Assembly: GCA_934096405.1 (NCBI GenBank)
Contig: CAKOLW010000004.1
Coordinates: forward strand, 595-64,594
DNA: 64,000 nt
Reading direction: 5' to 3'
Source: an uncultured Bacilli bacterium
GTDB taxonomy: Bacteria; Bacillota_I; Bacilli_A; RF39; UBA660
Below, piece after piece: positions 12,282 through 20,353 of the stretch. Under the pieces are notes generated by a model. It searched no databases and was not told where the DNA came from. It saw nothing but the letters and a program-made list of their open reading frames with translations. The translations under genes and the position numbers were made by a program. Each line of letters opens with the position of its first letter. Position 1 is the first letter of the stretch.

Positions 12282-14060
12282 TTATATTCTTTCAGGAACT
12301 TTAATAACCAAAATATTAAGTAACATATCATTAAGTCTCTTAGTAACACTAGTTAACCTAATCCAAGAGTTTCTCTTATTAACATCACTTTCAGTTAATA
12401 TTCTAAAACTATTATAAAAATTATTAAACAAAGAATTTACTTCATATAAATAATCCGCAATTATATTTAGATTTTTATTATTATAAGCACTCCTTAATAC
12501 ATCATTAACTTTACTTATACTTAATAATAATCTTCTTTCTTCTTCACTAGAAGGATTAACAATATCTCCATCTATAGAATATCCCATATCTTTAGCTTTA
12601 TTAATTATAGAATTTTGTCTTACACTAGAATATAATTGATAAGCCCCAGTTTTACCATTTACATTAGTAAACTTCTCTATATCAAATATATAATCTGTTT
12701 CTCTATTAGAACTAGCATCAGCATACTTAATACATCCTTGAGATACTATATCAGAAATATTTTCTATCTCTTCACTACTCATATTTTCATTCTTACTTAA
12801 TATATCTTTTTCATAATCTTTAACTAATTCAAGTAAACTAACTAATTTCATTACTCCACCATCTCTAGTTTTAAAAGGTTTACCATCTTTACCATTCATA
12901 GTACCAAATCCAAAATATCTTAACTTAGTACTTTCAGGAACTATAGATGATTTATAAGCAGCTCTAAAACACTGCGTAAAATGTAATGCCTGTCTTTTAT
13001 CTACTACATACCATATTTCATCAGGATTATATTTATTCATTCTATCATACATAGTAGCAATCTCAGTTGCATGATATCCAATAGACCCAGCAGATGTTTT
13101 AAGAATTAAAGGTGGTACTTCAGTAGTATCTTTATCTTCACTAACATCCATTATAAGAGCTCCTTCACTTATTCTAGATAACTTCTTATCTTCTAATATT
13201 TCAAGTACTGAAGAAACATACTTATCAGCATCACTTTCCCCATTCCATAAATCAAAATGAACATCTAATCTATCATATATCTTTTTTAAATCATCAACAC
13301 TTACTTCAACTATTTTCTTCCATAGTTCATAATATCCTTTATGACAAGGTTCACTTTCATCTTGTAATATCTTAGTAGCAATCCTAGCTTCTTCCATCCT
13401 ATTCTCATCACTTTTAGCATCACTACTTGCCTTAGGATAAATAACTTCTAAATCACTTATTGAAACAGGACTAACACTTGGATATTCTCCATTATAATTA
13501 GGATCAAAATACACTAAATCAGGTTGCATTATCTTTATTTCAGAAATAACCATACCCATTTGTCTACCCCAATCACCTAAATGAACATCTCCAATTACAT
13601 CATCACCTAATAATTTAGCTAATCTCTTTAATCCTTCTCCTATAATAGCACTCCTTAAATGACCTACATGTAAAGGCTTAGCCACATTCGCACCACCATA
13701 ATCAAGAACTATCTTTTTCTTATCTTCTTTACTAACACCAAAATTATCTAAATTAGATATCTTAGTAACAAATTGAACTAAAAACTCATCACTAACATTT
13801 ATATTTAAAAATCCAGGGCCATCTATACTTATCTTAGAAAATATTTTATTTTCCTTTAAACTCTCTACTACATCTAAAGCAATATTTCTAGGATTTTTTC
13901 CATATTCTTTAGCTATCTGCATAGCAAAGTTAGATTGAAACTGAGATAAATCAGGTCTACCAGATATAGTAACTAATTTATTAATATCTCCTGGTATTAC
14001 ATATCCACATTTAATAATTTCTTCATTTAATATTTGTGATAAATAACTCGTTAAAGACAT
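12282..14060 (-). CDS. argS: arginine--tRNA ligase
   Basis: Class I HIGH motif in GGANVAKPLHVGHLRSAIIGE. An FKTRDGGVMKL segment stands in place of KMSKS. I chose the ATG at 14060 (AAGGGAG 7 nt upstream) over the GTG at 14078 used by the ORF track. Confidence 0.93.
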   Translation of the reverse strand: MSLTSYLSQILNEEIIKCGYVIPGDINKLVTISGRPDLSQFQSNFAMQIAKEYGKNPRNIALDVVESLKENKIFSKISIDGPGFLNINVSDEFLVQFVTKISNLDNFGVSKEDKKKIVLDYGGANVAKPLHVGHLRSAIIGEGLKRLAKLLGDDVIGDVHLGDWGRQMGMVISEIKIMQPDLVYFDPNYNGEYPSVSPVSISDLEVIYPKASSDAKSDENRMEEARIATKILQDESEPCHKGYYELWKKIVEVSVDDLKKIYDRLDVHFDLWNGESDADKYVSSVLEILEDKKLSRISEGALIMDVSEDKDTTEVPPLILKTSAGSIGYHATEIATMYDRMNKYNPDEIWYVVDKRQALHFTQCFRAAYKSSIVPESTKLRYFGFGTMNGKDGKPFKTRDGGVMKLVSLLELVKDYEKDILSKNENMSSEEIENISDIVSQGCIKYADASSNRETDYIFDIEKFTNVNGKTGAYQLYSSVRQNSIINKAKDMGYSIDGDIVNPSSEEERRLLLSISKVNDVLRSAYNNKNLNIIADYLYEVNSLFNNFYNSFRILTESDVNKRNSWIRLTSVTKRLNDMLLNILVIKVPERI

Positions 14061-14115
14061 TTTACCACTCCCTTTCACAAAGATAATACCATATTAAAGA
14101 AAAAAAAGAAAGCAC

Positions 14116-15927
14116 TTAGCTTTCAAAAAACACATGATACCATCTTAAAAATACATACACATTCCATATTTTTCTATAATTATCTTTAGTTTTATTTTTA
14201 TGTTCTTCCAATAATTTATTAAGATATTCAGTATTAAAGTATTTATTAGCTATATCACTTTCAAAACTTTTCTTTATATCTAAATAAATATCTTCATCTC
14301 TCATCCATTCTCTAACAGGAACTGGAAAACCTAATTTTTTCTTTTTATATGCTTCAGTTGGTATTACCTTCTGAGCAGCACTCCTTAATGCTACTTTAGT
14401 ATTTTCTTTAGTTACTTTATAATTAGTTGGTAATCCACTAGCAATCTTAAATACTTCTTTATCTACAAAAGGTACCCTACCTTCAACAGAATTAGCCATA
14501 GTCATTCTATCAGCCTTTTGTAATATATCTTTAACTAACCAAAAATTAATATCTACTGCTTGCATTTTAATTAAATCACTTTTATCTTTATATTCATTAA
14601 ATACATCTTTAGTTATATCTTTAATCTTATACCCATCTTTATTATTAAGTAATTTCTTAATTTCTCTTTCACTCCATATTTTAGAAACACCTACATAACT
14701 ATTTTCTAGTTTTTCACCTCTTCTAACAAGAAAATTAACTCCTCTTATTGGTGGTAAAACACTAAGTACTTTACTTACCATATGTCTCATAAAATAAGGA
14801 ATCTTATTATACCAAGCAAAATCAACTTCTTCTCTATAATAATTATATCCTCCAAAGAATTCATCTGCTCCTTCACCACTCAATACTACTTTTAAATCTT
14901 TACTAGCTATATTAGCTACAAAATATAAAGCTGTAACCGCAGGATCACTTGTTGGTTCATCCATATGATATATAACTTTATCTAAAACATCAAAATAATC
15001 TTTTTTAGTTATTATTTTATTAGTATTTTTAATACCTAACTTATTAGTTAAATCTTTAGCATAACTAGTTTCATCATATTTATTATTTTCATAACCAACT
15101 GTATAAGTATTACTAGGTTTAGCAAGACTTACTATATATGATGAATCTACTCCACTACTTAAAAATGATCCAACAGGCACATCACTAACTAAATGATGTT
15201 TAACAGACTCTCTCATAACTTTATCTATAGAATCAACTGCATCATCATAACTATTATTAATAGTATTAAATTCCATATTAAAGTATCTCTTAATATCTAA
15301 ATTACCATTTTCATAACTAATAGTATGTCCTGGTTTTAAATTATAAACTCCTTTAAAGAATGTCTCACTAGTTGGAGTAAAACTAAAACTTAAATAACTA
15401 GAAAGTAACTTATCATTAAATTCTTTCTTAAAATTAGGATTACCTAAAAAAGCCTTAATCTCAGATGCAAACATAAAATTATCATCTTCATTATAATAAT
15501 AGAAAGGTTTAATACCAAAATAATCTCTAGCACCAAATAAACTATTATTTTTAATATCATATATCATAAAAGCAAACATACCTCTTAAATGACTAGGTAC
15601 TTCTTTACCCCATTTTAAATATCCATTTAATATAACTTCAGTATCACTATTAGTATTAAATTTATATTCTTTTAATTCTTTCTTAAGTTCTTTATAATTA
15701 TATATTTCTCCATTAAAAACTATAACTAATGATTTATCACTACTAAACATTGGTTGAGATCCTTTATCAACATCTATAATAGATAATCTTTTATGACCTA
15801 AAGCTACACTTTCATTAACATAATATCCATCCCCATCAGGTCCACGATGTTGAATTTTATTAGCCATATCTTTAATTATTTTATCTTTATTTTTATCTTT
15901 ACTTACTATTCCTACTATTCCACACAT
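14116..15927 (-). CDS. asnB: asparagine synthase (glutamine-hydrolysing)
   Basis: 603 aa with the N-terminal nucleophile MCGIVG and the PP-loop SFLSSGVDSSY. Confidence 0.95.
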   Translation of the reverse strand: MCGIVGIVSKDKNKDKIIKDMANKIQHRGPDGDGYYVNESVALGHKRLSIIDVDKGSQPMFSSDKSLVIVFNGEIYNYKELKKELKEYKFNTNSDTEVILNGYLKWGKEVPSHLRGMFAFMIYDIKNNSLFGARDYFGIKPFYYYNEDDNFMFASEIKAFLGNPNFKKEFNDKLLSSYLSFSFTPTSETFFKGVYNLKPGHTISYENGNLDIKRYFNMEFNTINNSYDDAVDSIDKVMRESVKHHLVSDVPVGSFLSSGVDSSYIVSLAKPSNTYTVGYENNKYDETSYAKDLTNKLGIKNTNKIITKKDYFDVLDKVIYHMDEPTSDPAVTALYFVANIASKDLKVVLSGEGADEFFGGYNYYREEVDFAWYNKIPYFMRHMVSKVLSVLPPIRGVNFLVRRGEKLENSYVGVSKIWSEREIKKLLNNKDGYKIKDITKDVFNEYKDKSDLIKMQAVDINFWLVKDILQKADRMTMANSVEGRVPFVDKEVFKIASGLPTNYKVTKENTKVALRSAAQKVIPTEAYKKKKLGFPVPVREWMRDEDIYLDIKKSFESDIANKYFNTEYLNKLLEEHKNKTKDNYRKIWNVYVFLRWYHVFFES

Positions 15928-16036
15928 ATTACATTTTCAAATCCTTTCATATCTATTATAACCAAAATTATATGAAATAGAAAGAAAAAAGATTTAGTTA
16001 TTTTATATTTATTAATATTGTTACATCAAAATCACT

Positions 16037-16077
16037 CTATTACGCATTTTTCAATTTTTTTTGATTTTGCGTAATAG
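16037..16077 (-). other. hairpin in the yabQ-asnB intergenic region (possible operon terminator)
   Basis: 10-bp arms CTATTACGCA / TGCGTAATAG around a 21-nt T-rich loop, inside a 310-bp non-coding gap. The downstream U tract is weak, so its role is uncertain. Confidence 0.35.
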
Positions 16078-16237
16078 GAATTAAATTATATTATCAATAA
16101 TATTTACAATCTTACCATCCTTACTCAAATTATTTAAAGAAAATTTAATTAAAATATCTTATCACTTAAGTCTTTATTATAGCAATTATAAAATTAGTCT
16201 TTCCTAATCAAATACTTTATATCACACTTTTTTCAAA

Positions 16238-16528
16238 TTATTTCTTAACATTAAACACATTTCTTAAAAACTTATACTTATTAACAAACAAAACAAAACC
16301 AACTATAAAAGAGAATACAAAATAAATGTGTACAACTCCATAGTTAATAACTTTAATCAATATAAAATATATTAAACCCAAATTAACACAAAAAAGTATG
16401 TTAATAACAAGTTTATAAAGTATAGTAGTATCATGTATAAAATTATAATTAAGATTATATAAATAACTAGAAATTATTCCATAACCAAAAGAAAAAAGTA
16501 TAGAAAGAATTTGTAACTTTAAATCCAT
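16238..16528 (-). CDS. yabQ: spore cortex biosynthesis protein YabQ-like
   Basis: 96 aa small polytopic membrane protein. It abuts the yabP stop (sharing nucleotide 16528), as in the Bacillus yabP-yabQ pair. Confidence 0.65.
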   Translation of the reverse strand: MDLKLQILSILFSFGYGIISSYLYNLNYNFIHDTTILYKLVINILFCVNLGLIYFILIKVINYGVVHIYFVFSFIVGFVLFVNKYKFLRNVFNVKK

Positions 16529-16821
16529 TATTTAAACAATTTAGAAATCATACTTTCCTTATTAGATTTCTTTCCTCCCGCTTCTAAATAAGTAAAACTA
16601 TTTATTATTCCTTTAATAGAAAGTGTCCCCTGAAAAGTATCTAACTTAATAAGTTCAAGTCCTTCTCCCTTTATTAAAATATACCCCATTACACTTTCTA
16701 AAAAAAACTCTTTATTATCAAAATTTTCTAACTTTTTAACTCCAGTTATAACTACACTTTTTCTTTCATTTATTTGAATTGAATGATTAAAATTACTTTC
16801 TAATTCTCTATGTGTATCCAT
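16528..16821 (-). CDS. yabP: sporulation protein YabP
   Basis: 97 aa. ERKSVVITGVKKLENFDNKEFFLESVMGYILIKGEGLELIKLDTFQGTLSIKGIINSFTY follows the YabP pattern (l.itGV..v.sFd...G.L.ikG..L.i..l...G.l.i.G.i.s..Y). Confidence 0.85.
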   Translation of the reverse strand: MDTHRELESNFNHSIQINERKSVVITGVKKLENFDNKEFFLESVMGYILIKGEGLELIKLDTFQGTLSIKGIINSFTYLEAGGKKSNKESMISKLFK

Positions 16822-16828
16822 AATATCA

Positions 16829-16857
16829 CCTAGAAAATTATATGTACAAAAAAAGAT
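16829..16857 (-). promoter_or_regulatory. conserved promoter-to-RBS module upstream of yabP (copy 1 of 2)
   Basis: The minus strand reads ATCTTTTTTTGTACATATAATTTTCTAGGTGATATT-ATG. The 18-nt core ATCTTTTTTTGTACATAT is identical to the one before yabG. CATATAAT resembles mother-cell sporulation -10 boxes (CATACA-T / CATA---TA). Confidence 0.5.
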
Positions 16858-16872
16858 TCTATTACTAGAACC

Positions 16873-17151
16873 TTATTCTTCTGTAGTTGGTGTATCTTCA
16901 GCTTTTTCATAAGCATCAAGAATTTCTCTTTCAAACATACTACGAACTTCTTGACTAATTGGATGTGCTATATCTTTAAATCCACCAGTACTAGTTTTTC
17001 TACTAGGCATTGCTATGAATAAACCTTTAGTTCCTTGTATAATTCTGATGTCATGTACTGCAAACTCATCATCTAATAATACTGATGCAATACCTCTCAT
17101 TTTTGAGTCTTCTCTGTTTACTTTACGTATATCGATTTTAGTTATCTTCAT
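16873..17151 (-). CDS. spoVG: septation/sporulation regulator SpoVG
   Basis: 92 aa. MKITKIDIRKVNREDSKMRGIASVLLDDEFAVHDIRIIQGTKGLFIAMPSRKT is a near-canonical SpoVG N-terminus. Confidence 0.95.
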   Translation of the reverse strand: MKITKIDIRKVNREDSKMRGIASVLLDDEFAVHDIRIIQGTKGLFIAMPSRKTSTGGFKDIAHPISQEVRSMFEREILDAYEKAEDTPTTEE

Positions 17152-17239
17152 AATATCCTCCTTGTAACTATACTATAATTATAAAACGACTTATTCTTTA
17201 AATCAAGTTAATTAAAAAAAATTTACATATAACTGTAAA

Positions 17240-17467
17240 CTAAATATTCTTTTTAATTAATACATTCTTAGTTAATAAATCAGCATATGAAAAACTTTTA
17301 ATAATACCGCTTACATCTACTATAAATAATGAATCATACATATTAACAATTACTCCATTATAATATTCAAATTTATTTCTTCCTATATTTACTTTAAGTC
17401 TTACTTGTTTATTTAATAAATTTTTTATTCTTGCTTTTTCTCTATCTAAATTCAAGTTACACCTCAT
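17240..17467 (-). CDS. veg: Veg family protein
   Basis: 75 aa. IKNLLNKQVRLKVNIGRNKFEYYNGVIVNMYDSLFIV matches the Veg pattern. It follows yabG as in Bacillus. Confidence 0.8.
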   Translation of the reverse strand: MRCNLNLDREKARIKNLLNKQVRLKVNIGRNKFEYYNGVIVNMYDSLFIVDVSGIIKSFSYADLLTKNVLIKKNI

Positions 17468-18242
17468 TTCTAGGGTAACCCGTATACATTGTACCTTTAC
17501 TTTTTAATCCACCTATTCCATCTTTACCATATTTAGTCTTAGATAGTAAATCTATCAAATCAACTTCAGTATTCTTATCTAATAAACTTAAAGTAGTAGC
17601 TATAATAGCTGGATCTAAAGCATGTATATTAATTTTTTTAGGACTAGATGCATATGTGGCACCACTTCTAATCAATTCTTCATAATTACTTTGACATGCA
17701 CCCGCGATTATAATAAGTTTTTCATTACTCTTTTCATACTTTCTTGCTTCTATGACAGCCTTACAAAAATTCTCACTATTTTTATACAAACTATTTGTAT
17801 TCTTATCTCTTTTTTTTAAATAAGCATCATGTCCAGTAATAATAAGTATATCCGGATTATACATCTTTAAATATTTTACTACTTCATTAGGTATCTCATT
17901 TTCTTTAATACTTTTACCATAAGCTTTAACATTATTTTTTTTATAAAATTCCATACATCTATCTAAATATGATTTATCTCCATCTATATGTAATATTTTA
18001 CCAGGCAAATAAAAAAACTCACTCCTATCCATGTTTTTAAGAAAATTTATATCTGGACAAAAGTCATCTTTATTACTTACTTTATTTCTATCACACAAAA
18101 CCAAATCACTTATTGGTGCATCAGCACTCAATCTAACATCTACCCCTTTTAACAAACAAGTTTTATCCTCGACCAAAATAACTTCAAAAAGAATATCGTT
18201 ATTATAACTTTTTCTAGTAACAAAATCTCCTTCTTTTATCAT
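17457..18242 (-). CDS. yabG: sporulation-specific peptidase YabG
   Basis: 261 aa with EGDFVTRKSYNNDILFEV, RLSADAPISDL, ILHIDGDKSYL and PDILIITGHDAY, which are characteristic of peptidase family U57. Confidence 0.85.
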   Translation of the reverse strand: MIKEGDFVTRKSYNNDILFEVILVEDKTCLLKGVDVRLSADAPISDLVLCDRNKVSNKDDFCPDINFLKNMDRSEFFYLPGKILHIDGDKSYLDRCMEFYKKNNVKAYGKSIKENEIPNEVVKYLKMYNPDILIITGHDAYLKKRDKNTNSLYKNSENFCKAVIEARKYEKSNEKLIIIAGACQSNYEELIRSGATYASSPKKINIHALDPAIIATTLSLLDKNTEVDLIDLLSKTKYGKDGIGGLKSKGTMYTGYPRNEV

Positions 18243-18247
18243 ATTAC

Positions 18248-18278
18248 CCCCTACAAAATAATATGTACAAAAAAAGAT
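18248..18278 (-). promoter_or_regulatory. conserved promoter-to-RBS module upstream of yabG (copy 2 of 2)
   Basis: The minus strand reads ATCTTTTTTTGTACATATTATTTTGTAGGGGGTAAT-ATG. It has the same 18-nt core and the same 23-nt distance from CATAT to the ATG as the yabP copy. Confidence 0.5.
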
Positions 18279-18294
18279 ATTATGAAAAATAATA

Positions 18295-18822
18295 TTAAAT
18301 AAATGATATATAACCTTTTACCCATTCTAAAAATATCATTTTCTTACCTACTTTATTTAAATACCAATTCTCTCTATCAGTAATTCCATCTCTAACTAAT
18401 AAGTAATCATAATTAAAGCTTACTTTAAATTTATTCATTAATGTAATAATCCTTTTCAAATGAAATTCATTACTAATTAATAATACATTAGTATTTTTAT
18501 CTATTAATTTAATAGAATTCTTAATATTTTGTAATGTCGTAACAGATTTTTCCTCTCTTAAAATATCACTGTCTAATACTTCATTTTTAAGTAGTAAATT
18601 ATACATATAGTCACACTCTTTAATTTTACTTTTACCTAATAATGAATGATTACCACTTACTATAATTTTATTAACAACTTTATTTTTATATAAATTGACT
18701 ACTTCTCTTATTCTTAAATCCATATCAAAACCACCAAAAACAATCACGTAGTCATAACGTTTTTTTATTTTCATTGGCTTTATAAAAATTTTTCTATTAA
18801 AATAATTAATTATTTTTTTCAT
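18295..18822 (-). CDS. DUF218 (YdcF/ElyC-like) domain protein
   Basis: YDYVIVFGGFDMDLRIREV...KIIVSGNH...LLISNEFHLKRI fits the DUF218 pattern. I prefer the ATG at 18822 to the GTG at 18837. It overlaps the rsmA 3-prime end. Confidence 0.65.
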   Translation of the reverse strand: MKKIINYFNRKIFIKPMKIKKRYDYVIVFGGFDMDLRIREVVNLYKNKVVNKIIVSGNHSLLGKSKIKECDYMYNLLLKNEVLDSDILREEKSVTTLQNIKNSIKLIDKNTNVLLISNEFHLKRIITLMNKFKVSFNYDYLLVRDGITDRENWYLNKVGKKMIFLEWVKGYISFI

Positions 18823-19597
18823 AATAATTAAACACACTTACAAAATCTTCTAAACTCATTTGTTCAGCACGATAAGTTAAATCTTTATTTACTTTCTTTA
18901 AAGCATTTTCTAATTTAATAAGATCATATTCTCTTAAATTATTTCTTAAATTCTTTCTTTTTTGTTTAAAAGAATCTCTAACAAATTTAAAAAACATCTC
19001 TTCATCTTTAACATATAATAATTCTTTCTTTCTAGTAAACTTAACTACAATACTATCCACCTTAGGCCTAGGTATAAAAGAATTTTTACTAACTAAAACT
19101 ACTTTTTCTATATCAAAATAATATTGTAAAAAAACACTCAAACTATTATAATCCTTAGTACTTGGGCTAGCCTTAAATCTATCTCCCACCTCTTTTTGAA
19201 CCATAATAATCATTTCATCTATACATACTTCACTAATTACTTTATTAATTATAGGTGTAGTTATATAATAAGGAAGATTTGCTATTAAGTGGATATTACT
19301 ATACTTATAGTTTTTTAATACATCATCTAAATTAACATTAAGAAAATCTCCATAAATAACCTTAAGGTTATCACTTTTTATTTTATCTAGTTCACTTTTA
19401 AGTCTAGTATCTATTTCAAAAGCAATAACTGGTACATCTTTCTCAACTAATAACTTAGTAATCGCACCATTACCAGGTCCCACTTCAAGTATTAAAGATT
19501 CTGAATCAATTGACGCAGAATCTACTATTTTTCTCTTAATATTATTATCTATCAAAAAATTTTGTCCTAGACTTTTCTTAAACTCAAACTTTTCCAT
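18806..19597 (-). CDS. rsmA: 16S rRNA (adenine1518/1519-N6)-dimethyltransferase
   Basis: 263 aa with KKSLGQNFL, the SAM motif EVGPGNGAIT and NLPYYITTPI. Confidence 0.95.
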   Translation of the reverse strand: MEKFEFKKSLGQNFLIDNNIKRKIVDSASIDSESLILEVGPGNGAITKLLVEKDVPVIAFEIDTRLKSELDKIKSDNLKVIYGDFLNVNLDDVLKNYKYSNIHLIANLPYYITTPIINKVISEVCIDEMIIMVQKEVGDRFKASPSTKDYNSLSVFLQYYFDIEKVVLVSKNSFIPRPKVDSIVVKFTRKKELLYVKDEEMFFKFVRDSFKQKRKNLRNNLREYDLIKLENALKKVNKDLTYRAEQMSLEDFVSVFNYYEKNN

Positions 19598-20214
19598 TAA
19601 TTAAACCTATTTCCATATTCTACTATATAGTTTTCACCATAATAATAACTATTCCATGATCTAAAACTATAATATTTATTATTTCTAACACCATTTAAAG
19701 CATCATTAACTACTTCTTGAACTAAAGTTGTATTACTCTTTAAAGTATTATCAGCATTTAAATAATTTCTATAATATCCTTGTAAATATCCGGAAAATTG
19801 TCCAGGTGCAGTAATAACTTCAACTGGAGTCTTACCGCTTCTATCACATCTATTTAAAATAACACTCATAACAGCCATAATATCATCTAATTTCTTATTA
19901 CTTTCACTAGATACAACAGCCACAAGTAAATTAAAATCTTCAGTACTTAAACTATATTTAGTATTATTATTACTTACAACAAATCCTTTCTCAGGTATAC
20001 TTAAATACTTAGTCAAAACAGGATTTTCTTCATAATAAATATCTTCTTTATTTTCAGCAATAACTTTATGATCTAAAGCTTTATTCTCGTTTTCATCTTT
20101 AGAATTTACCACATTATAAACAACATTAGTAGTCCTTCCTAAAGTAAAAATAATCATAAATACAATAAATAATCTTGTATATGTAAACCATTTTTTAGGC
20201 TTATATTTTTTCAT
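19597..20214 (-). CDS. cell wall hydrolase, SleB/CwlJ-type catalytic domain
   Basis: 205 aa with an N-terminal TM anchor. LLVAVVSSESNKKLDDIMAVMSVILNRCDRSGKTPVEVITAPGQFS fits the Hydrolase_2 pattern. Confidence 0.7.
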   Translation of the reverse strand: MKKYKPKKWFTYTRLFIVFMIIFTLGRTTNVVYNVVNSKDENENKALDHKVIAENKEDIYYEENPVLTKYLSIPEKGFVVSNNNTKYSLSTEDFNLLVAVVSSESNKKLDDIMAVMSVILNRCDRSGKTPVEVITAPGQFSGYLQGYYRNYLNADNTLKSNTTLVQEVVNDALNGVRNNKYYSFRSWNSYYYGENYIVEYGNRFN

Positions 20215-20236
20215 CTATAATCATCCTTTGCAAAAG

Positions 20237-20265
20237 TATTATATCAAATATATATATAATTGTCA
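20237..20265 (-). promoter_or_regulatory. consensus sigma-A promoter for the hydrolase-rsmA operon
   Basis: The minus strand reads TTGACA-17 nt-TATAAT with a TGa extension (TGATATAAT). It sits back-to-back with the clpB promoter. Confidence 0.6.
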
Positions 20266-20284
20266 AAAATTAGAGTTAATTTTG

Positions 20285-20311
20285 TTAGCACTCTCCATTG
20301 ACGAGTGCTAA
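20285..20311 (+). promoter_or_regulatory. CIRCE operator (HrcA binding site)
   Basis: TTAGCACTC-TCCATTGAC-GAGTGCTAA exactly matches the CIRCE consensus TTAGCACTC-N9-GAGTGCTAA. It lies 43 nt upstream of the clpB ATG. Confidence 0.9.
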
Positions 20312-20326
20312 TTTTTATGATATAAT
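20298..20326 (+). promoter_or_regulatory. sigma-A promoter of clpB, overlapping CIRCE
   Basis: TTGACG (20298..20303, inside the CIRCE spacer and right arm)-17 nt-TATAAT (20321..20326) with a TGa extension. Confidence 0.7.
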
Positions 20327-20353
20327 ACACTATGTAAAAAGGAGGTAATTAAA

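Noticed and set aside
15928-16237. T-box or other riboswitch in the 310-bp gap upstream of asnB (and the 37-bp gap before argS)
   Set aside because: I found no specifier-loop/T-box consensus (GGTGGTACCGCG-like) and no GC-rich conserved cores. The only structure is one AT-rich hairpin. The argS gap is too short for any leader RNA.
20259-20280. CtsR-like operator near clpB (TGTCAAAAATTAGAGTTAA)
   Set aside because: Only the first heptad resembles GGTCAAA, and the second repeat is absent. The TGTCAA is better explained as the -35 box (TTGACA) of the divergent minus-strand promoter.
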